Source: a virus (lineage: Duplodnaviria; Caudoviricetes). From it: a stretch of 64,000 bases of DNA. This document shows positions 51,474-60,850 of this stretch, piece by piece. Within the stretch, counting starts at the first letter, position 1, and every line of letters starts with the position of its first letter. The notes beneath the pieces were generated by a model. The model was not told the origin of the DNA. It ran no database searches and saw only the letters and a list, made by a program, of their open reading frames with translations. A program made the translations under genes and the position numbers. The stretch lies in IMG/VR virus record IMGVR_UViG_3300026549_000036; one strand, written 5' to 3'.

Positions 51474-52583
51474 ATGAATGGCACAATAATATGTAAAATT
51501 TGTGGTCAGCCCTTTAAAACATATTGGGCTTTAAGTAAACATATAACAGATAAACACAATATATCAAAACAAGAATATTACGATAAATATTTTAAAAAAC
51601 CTGGTGAAGGACTTTGTTATATATGTGGTAATACAACAAAATTTTTAGGCAAAATTAATTATGGATATAATAAATTTTGTTGTAAAGAATGTTATAAACT
51701 TTATATGTCAAAAACAAATAGTAGTGAAACGTATAAACAAAAAGTAAGAAAAACATTAAAAGAAAAATATGGTGAAGATGTAGAAAATGCTTTTCAATTA
51801 AAAATTGTTAAAGAAAAAATTGAAAATACATGTTTACAAAAATTTGGTGTAAAATATGCAACTCAATCTGATAAAATGAAAGAAAATAGTAAAAAAACTA
51901 AACTAGAAAAATATAATAATGAAAATTATACAAATCGTGAAAAAGCATTAAAAACTTGTGAAGAAAAATATGGAAACAAATATTGGAATAATAGTGAACA
52001 AAATAAAATAACTTGTTTTGAAAAATATGGTGAAACAAATCCAATGAAAGTTCAAGAAATAAAAGAAAATTTCTTTAAAAAATATAAAGAAAAAACAGGA
52101 TATGATACACCATTTAATAATCCTAAAGTTATAGAAAAACGAAAAGAAAATTATTATAATAAAACAGGATATTATTATAATTCACAAAATCCAGAAGTTC
52201 ATAAAAAACAAATGTGTTGTCGTTATACAGCACCTAATGGTAAAAATTATGATAGTAGCTGGGAATATAAATTTGAACAATATTTAATTGAAAGTAAGAT
52301 ACAATATGAATATCAACCAAATATAACTTTTAAATGGATTGATTTCGAAGGTATTGAAAGAACTTATCTACCAGATTTTAAATTAATATATCCAGATGGT
52401 AAAGTAGAAATTGTTGAAATAAAAGGAGACCAATTTTTTGATAAAGAAAATAATTATATAGATCCGCACGATAAAACTGAAATAGGACTATTTAATGCCA
52501 AACAAAAATATAATTGTATGATTGATAATGGTATTAAAATACTTAGAAGAACAGATCTTAAATTATTAGGAATAAAATTATAA
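51474..52583 (+). CDS. free-standing homing-endonuclease-like protein 3
   Basis: C2H2, KYG repeats, YDSSWE...YLPDF...EIKG. Confidence 0.7.
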   Translation: MNGTIICKICGQPFKTYWALSKHITDKHNISKQEYYDKYFKKPGEGLCYICGNTTKFLGKINYGYNKFCCKECYKLYMSKTNSSETYKQKVRKTLKEKYGEDVENAFQLKIVKEKIENTCLQKFGVKYATQSDKMKENSKKTKLEKYNNENYTNREKALKTCEEKYGNKYWNNSEQNKITCFEKYGETNPMKVQEIKENFFKKYKEKTGYDTPFNNPKVIEKRKENYYNKTGYYYNSQNPEVHKKQMCCRYTAPNGKNYDSSWEYKFEQYLIESKIQYEYQPNITFKWIDFEGIERTYLPDFKLIYPDGKVEIVEIKGDQFFDKENNYIDPHDKTEIGLFNAKQKYNCMIDNGIKILRRTDLKLLGIKL

Positions 52584-52666
52584 GTTTGGTTTAAAACCAT
52601 TTCATTCTATGTGGGTATTAACAAACTCAATACCCATTTTTATATTATAACTAAGGAGATTAAACT

Positions 52667-52894
52667 ATGAATAATTATCTTATTGTAACTACTAAAGATT
52701 CAACTGGAACTTTCATTGACTACATCAAATTGAAGTATGTAGAAAGTTTCTCTATTTCAGGTGATGGTGAACGAATTGTTGTTACTATGCGAAGTGGCAG
52801 ACAACATTTCATTAGCAATAAGTTCTCTACTTGCGAACAAAATAGCCAGAATGTTCCTTGGGAAGAACTTCCACGTATCATTTGTAATGGGTAA
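52667..52894 (+). CDS. hypothetical protein
   Basis: AAGGAG RBS after terminator-promoter 52612-52646. Confidence 0.65.
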   Translation: MNNYLIVTTKDSTGTFIDYIKLKYVESFSISGDGERIVVTMRSGRQHFISNKFSTCEQNSQNVPWEELPRIICNG

Positions 52895-52897
52895 ACT

Positions 52898-54070
52898 ATG
52901 CTTATAAACCAGCAAATCACAGACGAATTAAAAAGTCATATTTGGGCGCTTGATTGGCAAAATTGTTGCGATGAAAAGACCAAATATACAACAGACGCAA
53001 CATATCGTGAACAAATTAAAAATGATTGGTTCACAAAACTAGAAGCAGAAATTGATGATTATAAAGACAAAGTAATTAGTCAATTTACTTCCAATGGATT
53101 TTTAGTAGATTACAATGACCAGTGTTATTCTAGTCTAAGGGCGAACATTTGCCGATTGACATATAAACTACGATTCTCAAAGAACGAAAAAACAAATCCT
53201 TTTGAGGCGGACATTAAAATTTGTGTTAATCTTGAAGATGAAGGTGTTTCTTATAACTGGTATATTGACAACCCAGTCCGAATTTATTACAAGAAATACT
53301 TGAATTGGGGTAACAGAAATGCCTGTAATCACATGCTGTTCACAAGACGAGGATTTGCCCGTAGATATGGTTACAGTAGTTATCGCTGGGTAGGCACGAT
53401 TGACGAATGGGCAGAAGGCACAAAGGCCAAAGACATTTGTAAGAAACTAAAGAAAACTATTACTGATATGGAATGTGAACACGAAAAATTACAGAAAGGT
53501 GTTCAGCAGAAAAAGAAAGAACTCCATATTCAGGAAGATGATGTTTTCGGAATGTTGACTGATTTGAATACAGAATTTAAAAATGCGAATGTTAAGTTCT
53601 TATTCAATGGCGAATGTAATTTTGATTATGTTGATTCACCAATACGCTTCAATATAGTTTGTTCTAACAACCCAAGTCAAGATGACGAAAACTTGTATGT
53701 AAAAGAAGGTGTAGACATCGCATTTGAAGATGGTCCTTGGCCTGATGGAACAGCGGAAGAACGTGCTCAGTGGCAAAAGACACTTGAAAGCCATAAAATG
53801 AGATTGTTCTCAGATAACATAAATCCACAAACAGGTTATTACAGAAACCATATTACTATTTCATTGGTTTACAGACCAGATGTTCCTACTCATTGGCACT
53901 GTGAAATTTCCCATCCAATTTCTAACAAAATAATTAAAAATATGCTTGGTTGTGAAACCTATTATGATTGTGGAACATTGGATGAAATAAAAGAACAATT
54001 AACTACTATATTCAGACGAGATAATAGTCTGTATAATACTATTGAGGAATGGAAAAATGGCCTTAATTGA
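52898..54070 (+). CDS. hypothetical protein
   Basis: 390-aa ORF. Confidence 0.7.
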   Translation: MLINQQITDELKSHIWALDWQNCCDEKTKYTTDATYREQIKNDWFTKLEAEIDDYKDKVISQFTSNGFLVDYNDQCYSSLRANICRLTYKLRFSKNEKTNPFEADIKICVNLEDEGVSYNWYIDNPVRIYYKKYLNWGNRNACNHMLFTRRGFARRYGYSSYRWVGTIDEWAEGTKAKDICKKLKKTITDMECEHEKLQKGVQQKKKELHIQEDDVFGMLTDLNTEFKNANVKFLFNGECNFDYVDSPIRFNIVCSNNPSQDDENLYVKEGVDIAFEDGPWPDGTAEERAQWQKTLESHKMRLFSDNINPQTGYYRNHITISLVYRPDVPTHWHCEISHPISNKIIKNMLGCETYYDCGTLDEIKEQLTTIFRRDNSLYNTIEEWKNGLN

Positions 54071-54557
54071 GATACCACAAGAAAAGTTAGATGAGATTAA
54101 AAAAGACCGAAAGTACAGTTTTATAACTCCACAACAGGTTAGAAATCGTATTCAGGTCTGGGCAAGTAAACTCGGATGTAATCGCTGTCCAAAGGATATG
54201 CACGAAATTTCACAAAACTATCTTTTCTGTGTAACTTTAAATGGGGCTGAATATGAATCCTTTGTTGGAACTAATGGTAATGTTCCACAAACAACATCTT
54301 ACTGGAATTTTAACATTACTGTAATCAGACGAGAAGATATGCGTGAAGAAAGGCGAAAAGATTATATAATCTATGACAGACATTATCACGCACATCTGTT
54401 CTTTGAAATTCCAGTAATTGATTCTTTCTCAGACGAGAAAATAGAAAAATGGGAAGATTTCTGTTTGAGATTTTTAGCCAAACAGGTTTTCATTAACAAA
54501 AAGAAAGCTAAAAATTGGCTGAAAATGAAAAAATTAAATTCCGATTTTGAAGATTAA
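54057..54557 (+). CDS. hypothetical protein, DF-tail family
   Basis: ends KMKKLNSDFED. Confidence 0.7.
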   Translation: MALIEIPQEKLDEIKKDRKYSFITPQQVRNRIQVWASKLGCNRCPKDMHEISQNYLFCVTLNGAEYESFVGTNGNVPQTTSYWNFNITVIRREDMREERRKDYIIYDRHYHAHLFFEIPVIDSFSDEKIEKWEDFCLRFLAKQVFINKKKAKNWLKMKKLNSDFED

Positions 54558-54585
54558 AAAAGGACGATTAAAAATCGTCCTTTTC
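54557..54585. terminator. bidirectional terminator between convergent genes
   Basis: AAAAGGACGATT-AAA-AATCGTCCTTTT. Confidence 0.75.
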
Positions 54586-54586
54586 T

Positions 54587-55132
54587 TTATTCACCCAAAG
54601 CCATCGCTTTTTCGGCTGGATATTGGTAATCAGGTGCTTTCTTCAACCAAGATAACAGTTGACGAAGAACAGTGATTAACTGATATGCATTCCATTTGAC
54701 TGTCCCTATATCTTCAGTGAAAATACGAGCTGGGTCATAACCGTCCACACCGTAAGTATATAATTGTTCCATTGGTGTTAAGTGGTAGAAGTGGAACTTG
54801 TTATTTGTCAAATCAGATATAGTTCTCTCAATTTCTTTTTTCGCATTTACTTTATCGTGACAAAGTTCTCGCTTGATAATCTGTAAAATCGGACACCAAG
54901 TTGTTTTGTTCTTGTCATTTTCAAAATGAGCATAAGTATCCATCATTTCGTCAATTTCAATAAATCGGTTCATATTCAAAACGAGCCATAATCTTAACAA
55001 CTGCGGAATGAGTCTTACGTTCTCACCTCTCCCAAATTCGTCAAGTTGTTCAGGTGTGAACTTTGTTTTAAAATGCGACATTCTTTTATTATACAGTTCT
55101 AATCGTTCTGCGTAGGTTTTCTTTTGTTTCAT
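54587..55132 (-). CDS. hypothetical protein (only convincing minus-strand gene)
   Basis: GGAG RBS on minus strand; no overlapping plus ORF. Confidence 0.7.
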   Translation of the reverse strand: MKQKKTYAERLELYNKRMSHFKTKFTPEQLDEFGRGENVRLIPQLLRLWLVLNMNRFIEIDEMMDTYAHFENDKNKTTWCPILQIIKRELCHDKVNAKKEIERTISDLTNNKFHFYHLTPMEQLYTYGVDGYDPARIFTEDIGTVKWNAYQLITVLRQLLSWLKKAPDYQYPAEKAMALGE

Positions 55133-55254
55133 ATTTTTTCTCCATTAAAATATCAGCTAGATTTTGTCTAACTGGCGTGAATTATTGAAGTTCTAGTTGA
55201 AACAAAAGTGTAAATTAACTATTGCGAACTAGAACATTTTTTGCTATATTAAAT

Positions 55255-55638
55255 ATGTATAAACTTAGAGATTTAAATACTATGGGCTACAAAGAAATTA
55301 TAAAGTATCTTGACGATTTTCCATTCCTTCACAAGCAAGAATATAGTGAAGGTTCAGTTGCGTATGAAATCGTAACTAAAACTATGTATCCTGAAGACGA
55401 TGATTTACCGACAGAAAACACAGCTAGAGCAATTACCATTGACCGATATGGACTTACTTGTCGCAGACTTATGGTTATGAATGGTCTGATTTATGCTAGA
55501 GAAGAACTTGAAGTAAATAATCTTACAGAACTGAAAAATTATTTGGTTGAAGTTGAAGAAGAAATTAAACGATATAGTAAACTGTATAAACAGGCTATGG
55601 TTGATTATAAACTAAACAAAATGAAGGAAGATTTTTAA
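55255..55638 (+). CDS. hypothetical protein, DF-tail family
   Basis: ends KLNKMKEDF. Confidence 0.7.
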   Translation: MYKLRDLNTMGYKEIIKYLDDFPFLHKQEYSEGSVAYEIVTKTMYPEDDDLPTENTARAITIDRYGLTCRRLMVMNGLIYAREELEVNNLTELKNYLVEVEEEIKRYSKLYKQAMVDYKLNKMKEDF

Positions 55639-56111
55639 TGATTTATATTGACTTTTTCATAAAAGAATCACAAGAAAGACATTTTTATAAGTTTGAAGGC
55701 GATAGTTTTGAGATTACAGAACTTCATATCGGCAGAAACAATTATGAATGGACTGGTAGTGAACGAAACGAAACTCACACAATTCCAATAAGGTTTACAA
55801 TGAAAACTAATCTTGGTGAAATCCATAGTTTTGAAATTGACTGTTGTTATACAGAAGGAACAGATTGGAATCATAAAAAATACAGAAATTACAAAATGAC
55901 CCATTTTTGTATATTGGACGAAAAAGATGGTTTGTATGTTGTAGCTGACGAATATGACGAAGAAAGTCACGAATGGAAAACAGACTATGAGTTCCAAAAT
56001 AAAATTGCAGAATACTTTAATAGTAAAATCCAAAACGATACAGATTTAATTAAAAAACGATATAAAGAAATAAAGAAATTGGATAAAATGCATTCAGATT
56101 TTGCAGATTAG
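55638..56111 (+). CDS. hypothetical protein, DF-tail family
   Basis: ends KLDKMHSDFAD. Confidence 0.7.
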   Translation: MIYIDFFIKESQERHFYKFEGDSFEITELHIGRNNYEWTGSERNETHTIPIRFTMKTNLGEIHSFEIDCCYTEGTDWNHKKYRNYKMTHFCILDEKDGLYVVADEYDEESHEWKTDYEFQNKIAEYFNSKIQNDTDLIKKRYKEIKKLDKMHSDFAD

Positions 56112-56159
56112 AAAAAATAAAAAATTTAATACAAATTAAGAATGATTGCTATATTTGAT

Positions 56160-56483
56160 ACTGACATTAGTGAAAAGTCCCGTTCCTCGGAGCGAACAGC
56201 AACTCAATGTGAGTATCGGTAGAGGGCGGGCCATTCTATAAATCCAAGGTTGTTTATAGATTAAGAGAATCGTTCTTATGAAACCGAATGATGAGCGAGT
56301 AGCGACCGCTCAATATGCCGTCATGCGTTTTATTGAATAAAGCCCAGGTACAGGATGACCGCCTGGTAAGTCAATTTGTAAAATCGCCTGCAAACCGACG
56401 AGCGACAGTCAAAACAAAAATGATTGTCAAACAGAAGTTCGTGCTTGTCTAAAATAGGCAAGCACCCTCCGAAGCTCCATATC
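56160..56483 (+). ncRNA. candidate structured non-coding RNA
   Basis: ORF-free, GC-elevated, at least 8 hairpins with + strand G-U pairs, TATATT at 56150. Confidence 0.55.
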
Positions 56484-56580
56484 AAACAAAAATTAAATCA
56501 TCAATAAAATAATTGTTTCCGAAGGAAACAACGAAATTTCAAAGAAATTTCGTTATAACTTTCAAAAAAGAGATTATCAA

Positions 56581-58176
56581 ATGGATCCTAGAATTAAATT
56601 TCTTGAAGATAAATTAAAATACTTACAAGGACAACTTACAGCTAATCTATTCAATAGACAGACACAAACATTAGTTTATCATAATTTAAATGATGAAGTT
56701 AATCATGTGACTAATAGAATAAGACATTATCTAGTTCATTTACATACAAAATGTGAATCAATGGATGATTTTATTAAATACTGTAAAGAAGTAGATAATG
56801 AATTTGAAGATGCAGGACAAGAACATTTATTTTGTACTGAATTTGACATTCCATATACAGGTAAATTAGACAAAAGTGTTTTAATACATTTTAAGACTGG
56901 AATGGCAACTAGAATTAGAGAGATAAATTCATTACATATTGAAAAGAACAGACTGTATATTAACGGGCAGAAAGTAGCACAGGACATTCGTAGATTTATC
57001 TTTGTAGATAAAGCATTTGAATTGGATAAAAACGATGAAACAGAATTTAATGAACTGATTGAACATTTTAAGTCTCTTAAAGAAAGACTTAAGTTACAGA
57101 ACATTGGAGAAGATTTCAAATGACATTTTGTCAATATGCGCTTATAAAAGCACAATATGAAATGGTAGAACAACACGATAATTTACAGTTATGTTTTTGT
57201 GCGGATAGAGATTGTACTGACCACGTTTGGCAAGCTCCATTGAGCATTAAAGAAGAACCAAAGGCTAGTAATGCATTTTATGTTTTAATGATTCCAAAGG
57301 GACTTGATTTCACAGAAGAAACATACGAAACTTATAAAGGATTTTTTGAAAGATATATAAAGCGTGAAAAAGAAAAAGAAAAACTTGAGCGAATAAAGAA
57401 GGACTTTGTATGAGATTACTATTTGAAAATGACGAACTTGATAATTTGATACGCAAGTATCATTTGATGGTTTATTTTAGTTATGGTAATGATTATTGTT
57501 TATGTTTTGAAGGAGATGGTCCTTCTAGTTTCATAGGAGCATATAGTAGATACGGTGGTAAAGTATATTTGTTTGACAGTATACATTTAAAACACGATAA
57601 AATAGTAGGTGATAAAAATAAAAGACACACTTATATAGAAGTTGAACCATTTGAAAAACATTTAAATAAACTTATAATACAGCGTAAGAGAATACTTGCG
57701 GAACAAAGAGAACGCAAAATGAAAAAGGATTTCAAATGACTTTTGATGAAGTAGATAAAATAATTTGTTCGTATGGATTTTATAAGTATTGTTATGACCA
57801 GGAAGAAAGTAGCACAGCTAAGTATTATATGTACCCTGGAATAGATAGATTAGCAGTTTATACTGAAAATTTATGCGAACAAAATTATAATAGTTTAGAT
57901 AAAAAACATTTCAGTGAAAAAGATTTGAACCGAGTAGATTTAGTTACATTTTCGCCGATTGTATTATGGAGTACTGGTGAGATTGGTATAAATTATGCTA
58001 TTGAATCATTAAGATTGTGGAGAAAAAATATACACACTACATCTTTTAAATTGACTGAAGAACGATTACACAAAGAACTAAAAAATTTTAAATTAAGTCT
58101 TGAATCTTTGTTACAAGAACAAAAAGTTGCTAAAATGAATAAGAAATTAGAAAATATGGAGAATGATTTTGACTGA
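56581..58176 (+). CDS. four coupled DF-tail genes (starts 56581, 57120, 57410, 57736)
   Basis: Tails KLQNIGEDFK, KLERIKKDFV, RERKMKKDFK, KLENMENDFD. Confidence 0.72.
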
Positions 58177-58585
58177 AGACGAATTAAAACAAACATTTGC
58201 GAATTTTAAGTCTACTGATGATAAGTGGACTTTTTTAATAAATTTGGCTAAAAATCATAAATGTTCGGAAAACATTAGAGAAGACAAATATCTGATTAAG
58301 GGGTGTTCTACAAAATTATGGTTAAAACCAGTCTTTGTAAACAATAATTTACATTTTGAAGTAGATGCCGAGATTGGCTTACTCTCATTGGGATTGGGAA
58401 TTTTAGCCACAATGCTCTATAATGGCAGGACTTGCCAGGAAATGGCTCAAGTAGACCAGAATGTGTTTATAGAGATTGGTTTATTGTATGGGCTAAGTGC
58501 GACCAGGAATAACGGCTTTGCGAGCATTTTGAAACAAATAGATTTGTATATAAAATTTTACAATAAAATTCTTTACAACCATTGA
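58163..58585 (+). CDS. sufE: SufE-like sulfur-acceptor protein
   Basis: LIKGCSTKLWL, F.VDAE, LSATRNNGF. Confidence 0.7.
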   Translation: MILTEDELKQTFANFKSTDDKWTFLINLAKNHKCSENIREDKYLIKGCSTKLWLKPVFVNNNLHFEVDAEIGLLSLGLGILATMLYNGRTCQEMAQVDQNVFIEIGLLYGLSATRNNGFASILKQIDLYIKFYNKILYNH

Positions 58586-58610
58586 CAAAACTGCGATAAA
58601 TTAGTATATT
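58545..58610 (+). promoter_or_regulatory. TGTATA-N6-TTTACA box plus sigma70-like promoter
   Basis: TTGACA 58582-N17-TATATT 58605. Confidence 0.7.
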
Positions 58611-58638
58611 TGTTATGTAACAAAAAAGAGGTAACACT

Positions 58639-59433
58639 ATGAAAAAATCGCAGCTCACCAAAATCACCACAATTCTCCCGTTTGATTCTAACTATATCAA
58701 GGTGGGTAAGAACCGCAACAAGCTTTGGAATTTGATGGATTCCGAAGGCAATTTGATTAGTGAAACCTGGTTTGAAAACATTGAAAAGACAACTGACGGT
58801 GCGATTATTACGAAGGCCGAAAAGAAGGAAATGCGTTTCGTGAATGTTGGTTCTTTCAAGAAATTTAATTCTGTTCGTGAACTGGTTCCTGTTAGTGTGG
58901 TTGGTCTGATTGACATTGACACTATTGAACCGACCGAATGCTCTGGTTATGTTGCTAAGGCCTACTTCTTTGGTAAGAGAATTTACATTAAGGCTGACGG
59001 ACGAATTTTTGATAGTAACGATAATGAACTTCGCATTATGTTCAACTGTGTTGATACTCTCCGATTGAACAAGGCACTCTTGGATTTGAACAAGAAGCTC
59101 CACTATGATGGCAATTACGATTGCGAACACGGTTGGCAGGAAACTATTGACAACAAGGTTAGCATTTTCGGATTCTATTGGATTGACGATGACGAATGTT
59201 CCGTTAGCATTGGATATAACAAAGTTGATATGGATTCCGATACAAAGAAATGGACAGATGAATTAAAAATCCGTGCTACTCTCAATATGCCGAAGCGTGT
59301 TCGTGAACAACTGACCGAAAAGTGGGGTAAACCGGAATCTGGTAAAGTCGGTGAATTTAACGAAAACTACACCTGGTCTTTCACGAAGGACAAGCTTGAA
59401 TTTATCATTGACACCCTCAATAACATTGACTAA
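58639..59433 (+). CDS. hypothetical protein with WG-repeat-like N-terminus
   Basis: WNLMDSEGNLISETWFENI; AGAGG RBS. Confidence 0.65.
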   Translation: MKKSQLTKITTILPFDSNYIKVGKNRNKLWNLMDSEGNLISETWFENIEKTTDGAIITKAEKKEMRFVNVGSFKKFNSVRELVPVSVVGLIDIDTIEPTECSGYVAKAYFFGKRIYIKADGRIFDSNDNELRIMFNCVDTLRLNKALLDLNKKLHYDGNYDCEHGWQETIDNKVSIFGFYWIDDDECSVSIGYNKVDMDSDTKKWTDELKIRATLNMPKRVREQLTEKWGKPESGKVGEFNENYTWSFTKDKLEFIIDTLNNID

Positions 59434-59447
59434 TTGGAGAAAATGAA

Positions 59448-59774
59448 ATGGCTGAATGGAATGTAGATAAGTTAAAAACTATGTTGGCTCCGCTCGGTTT
59501 CTCCTGTATAGAACATACTTGGGCTTGTGAGGACAAGCCGAGAAGTTGGCTATTCAAACTTCCTCATTCAGTTCTATTGGAGTATTTCATTGTGTTGGAT
59601 AAGTATACAGGTGAAATGGGCTGTGGTGATACATTTATGGGTCACGGCAAATATATTACCTGTAACATTAATGCTATAAATTTTGATGTTATGGAGTTCG
59701 CAAGAAATTATGTTCGTACTTATAAAGAGTATTATTTTAACGAAATGAAAAAGCATTTAGACGAGGATTTTTAA
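59448..59774 (+). CDS. hypothetical protein, DF-tail family
   Basis: ends MKKHLDEDF. Confidence 0.7.
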   Translation: MAEWNVDKLKTMLAPLGFSCIEHTWACEDKPRSWLFKLPHSVLLEYFIVLDKYTGEMGCGDTFMGHGKYITCNINAINFDVMEFARNYVRTYKEYYFNEMKKHLDEDF

Positions 59775-59775
59775 A

Positions 59776-59994
59776 ATGGCTGAAGAACTTGTAACAACCT
59801 GTCCTTTCTGTGGACAGAAATTTACCGGACCAGGAAATTCAACCCGTGGTTACTGGGAAGCAAATGGAAAAACCAAAGAAGAAGATGCCAAGTTTGGCGA
59901 AACATTCCGTTGCTGTGATGATTGTAATATGAACAAAGTCATTCCAGCACGATTGATTCTTATGAGGCAGTATGATAAGCATAGAAAGAATTAG
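59776..59994 (+). CDS. small zinc-finger protein
   Basis: CPFCG...RCCDDCN. Confidence 0.7.
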   Translation: MAEELVTTCPFCGQKFTGPGNSTRGYWEANGKTKEEDAKFGETFRCCDDCNMNKVIPARLILMRQYDKHRKN

Positions 59995-60331
59995 AGAAAT
60001 TTTTGAAGCCGAAGGATTTGATGTCTTTTCAGCAAATGGTGGTTCTGTTGAATTGGTTTATCTGCCGGATAGTATGAAATATCAAGGCCGACTGATGACT
60101 ATTTCATTTGACAATTTTCAAGATGGAAAATGCATTTTTCCGAAATTCAAGATTGCTTCAAAGAACTACCACCCAAATATGAGTTACGATTATGGCGATG
60201 TTGTGGATTTGAAGATTATCAGTGAAAGTGATTTGCATCAGAAGGTTCACGATTTAATGCAAGATGCCATACTGATTAACAAACAAATTATTCAGGCAAA
60301 ACGCACAAATAAGATTAAAAAGGATTTCTAA
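59972..60331 (+). CDS. hypothetical protein, DF-tail family
   Basis: ends RTNKIKKDF. Confidence 0.7.
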   Translation: MISIERIREIFEAEGFDVFSANGGSVELVYLPDSMKYQGRLMTISFDNFQDGKCIFPKFKIASKNYHPNMSYDYGDVVDLKIISESDLHQKVHDLMQDAILINKQIIQAKRTNKIKKDF

Positions 60332-60762
60332 TGGAATTAACTAGAGATATACTTAAAGAACTAATTAAGACAAAAAATCTTGCTTGGCAGCTCCCAGTTA
60401 ATCTGAATAAGGGTGTGGTTGTAATGAAAACCATAAAGCAGTTGGAAAAGTTGGTTAAGGACCGAGTAGATGAATACGATTTTGATAACCACGAAATTTT
60501 TACATACTGGAATATGGATAAAAACAAGCCACTCTTTGACATTATCGTTACTTATGACGAAAACATAACAGGTAGTCATTTTACATACGAATTAAGTGAT
60601 TGTTCATTGTTTGGAATGTATTTGTTCCAGGATAATTCACTTTCTGTTGGAATGGAAAATGTAATTGCGCAGTTGAAGTTGGATGTTCCGAATGGTCTTG
60701 ATTATGCCAAATATGCCAAAGAGAACTTCAAAATCGCACTTGGTGATACAGATTTCGTATAA
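60331..60762 (+). CDS. hypothetical protein (weak DF tail)
   Basis: ends ALGDTDFV. Confidence 0.65.
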   Translation: MELTRDILKELIKTKNLAWQLPVNLNKGVVVMKTIKQLEKLVKDRVDEYDFDNHEIFTYWNMDKNKPLFDIIVTYDENITGSHFTYELSDCSLFGMYLFQDNSLSVGMENVIAQLKLDVPNGLDYAKYAKENFKIALGDTDFV

Positions 60763-60784
60763 ATTTTATTCATTACTGCTCCTT

Positions 60785-60824
60785 CTAGGGTCCCCTTCTT
60801 GGGGACCCTAGTTTTTTATAAATA
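60785..60824 (+). terminator. terminator abutting a T4-type late promoter
   Basis: CTAGGGTCCCC-TTCTT-GGGGACCCTAG-TTTTT-TATAAATA. Confidence 0.8.
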
Positions 60825-60850
60825 CATTATAGAATTTAATGAGGTTTTTA

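Noticed and set aside
56160-56483. Calling the ncRNA candidate RNase P, tmRNA, tRNA or a group I intron
   Set aside because: Only loose motif echoes; I could not verify P4 pairing, a tRNA-like acceptor or T-loop, or an intron core by eye.
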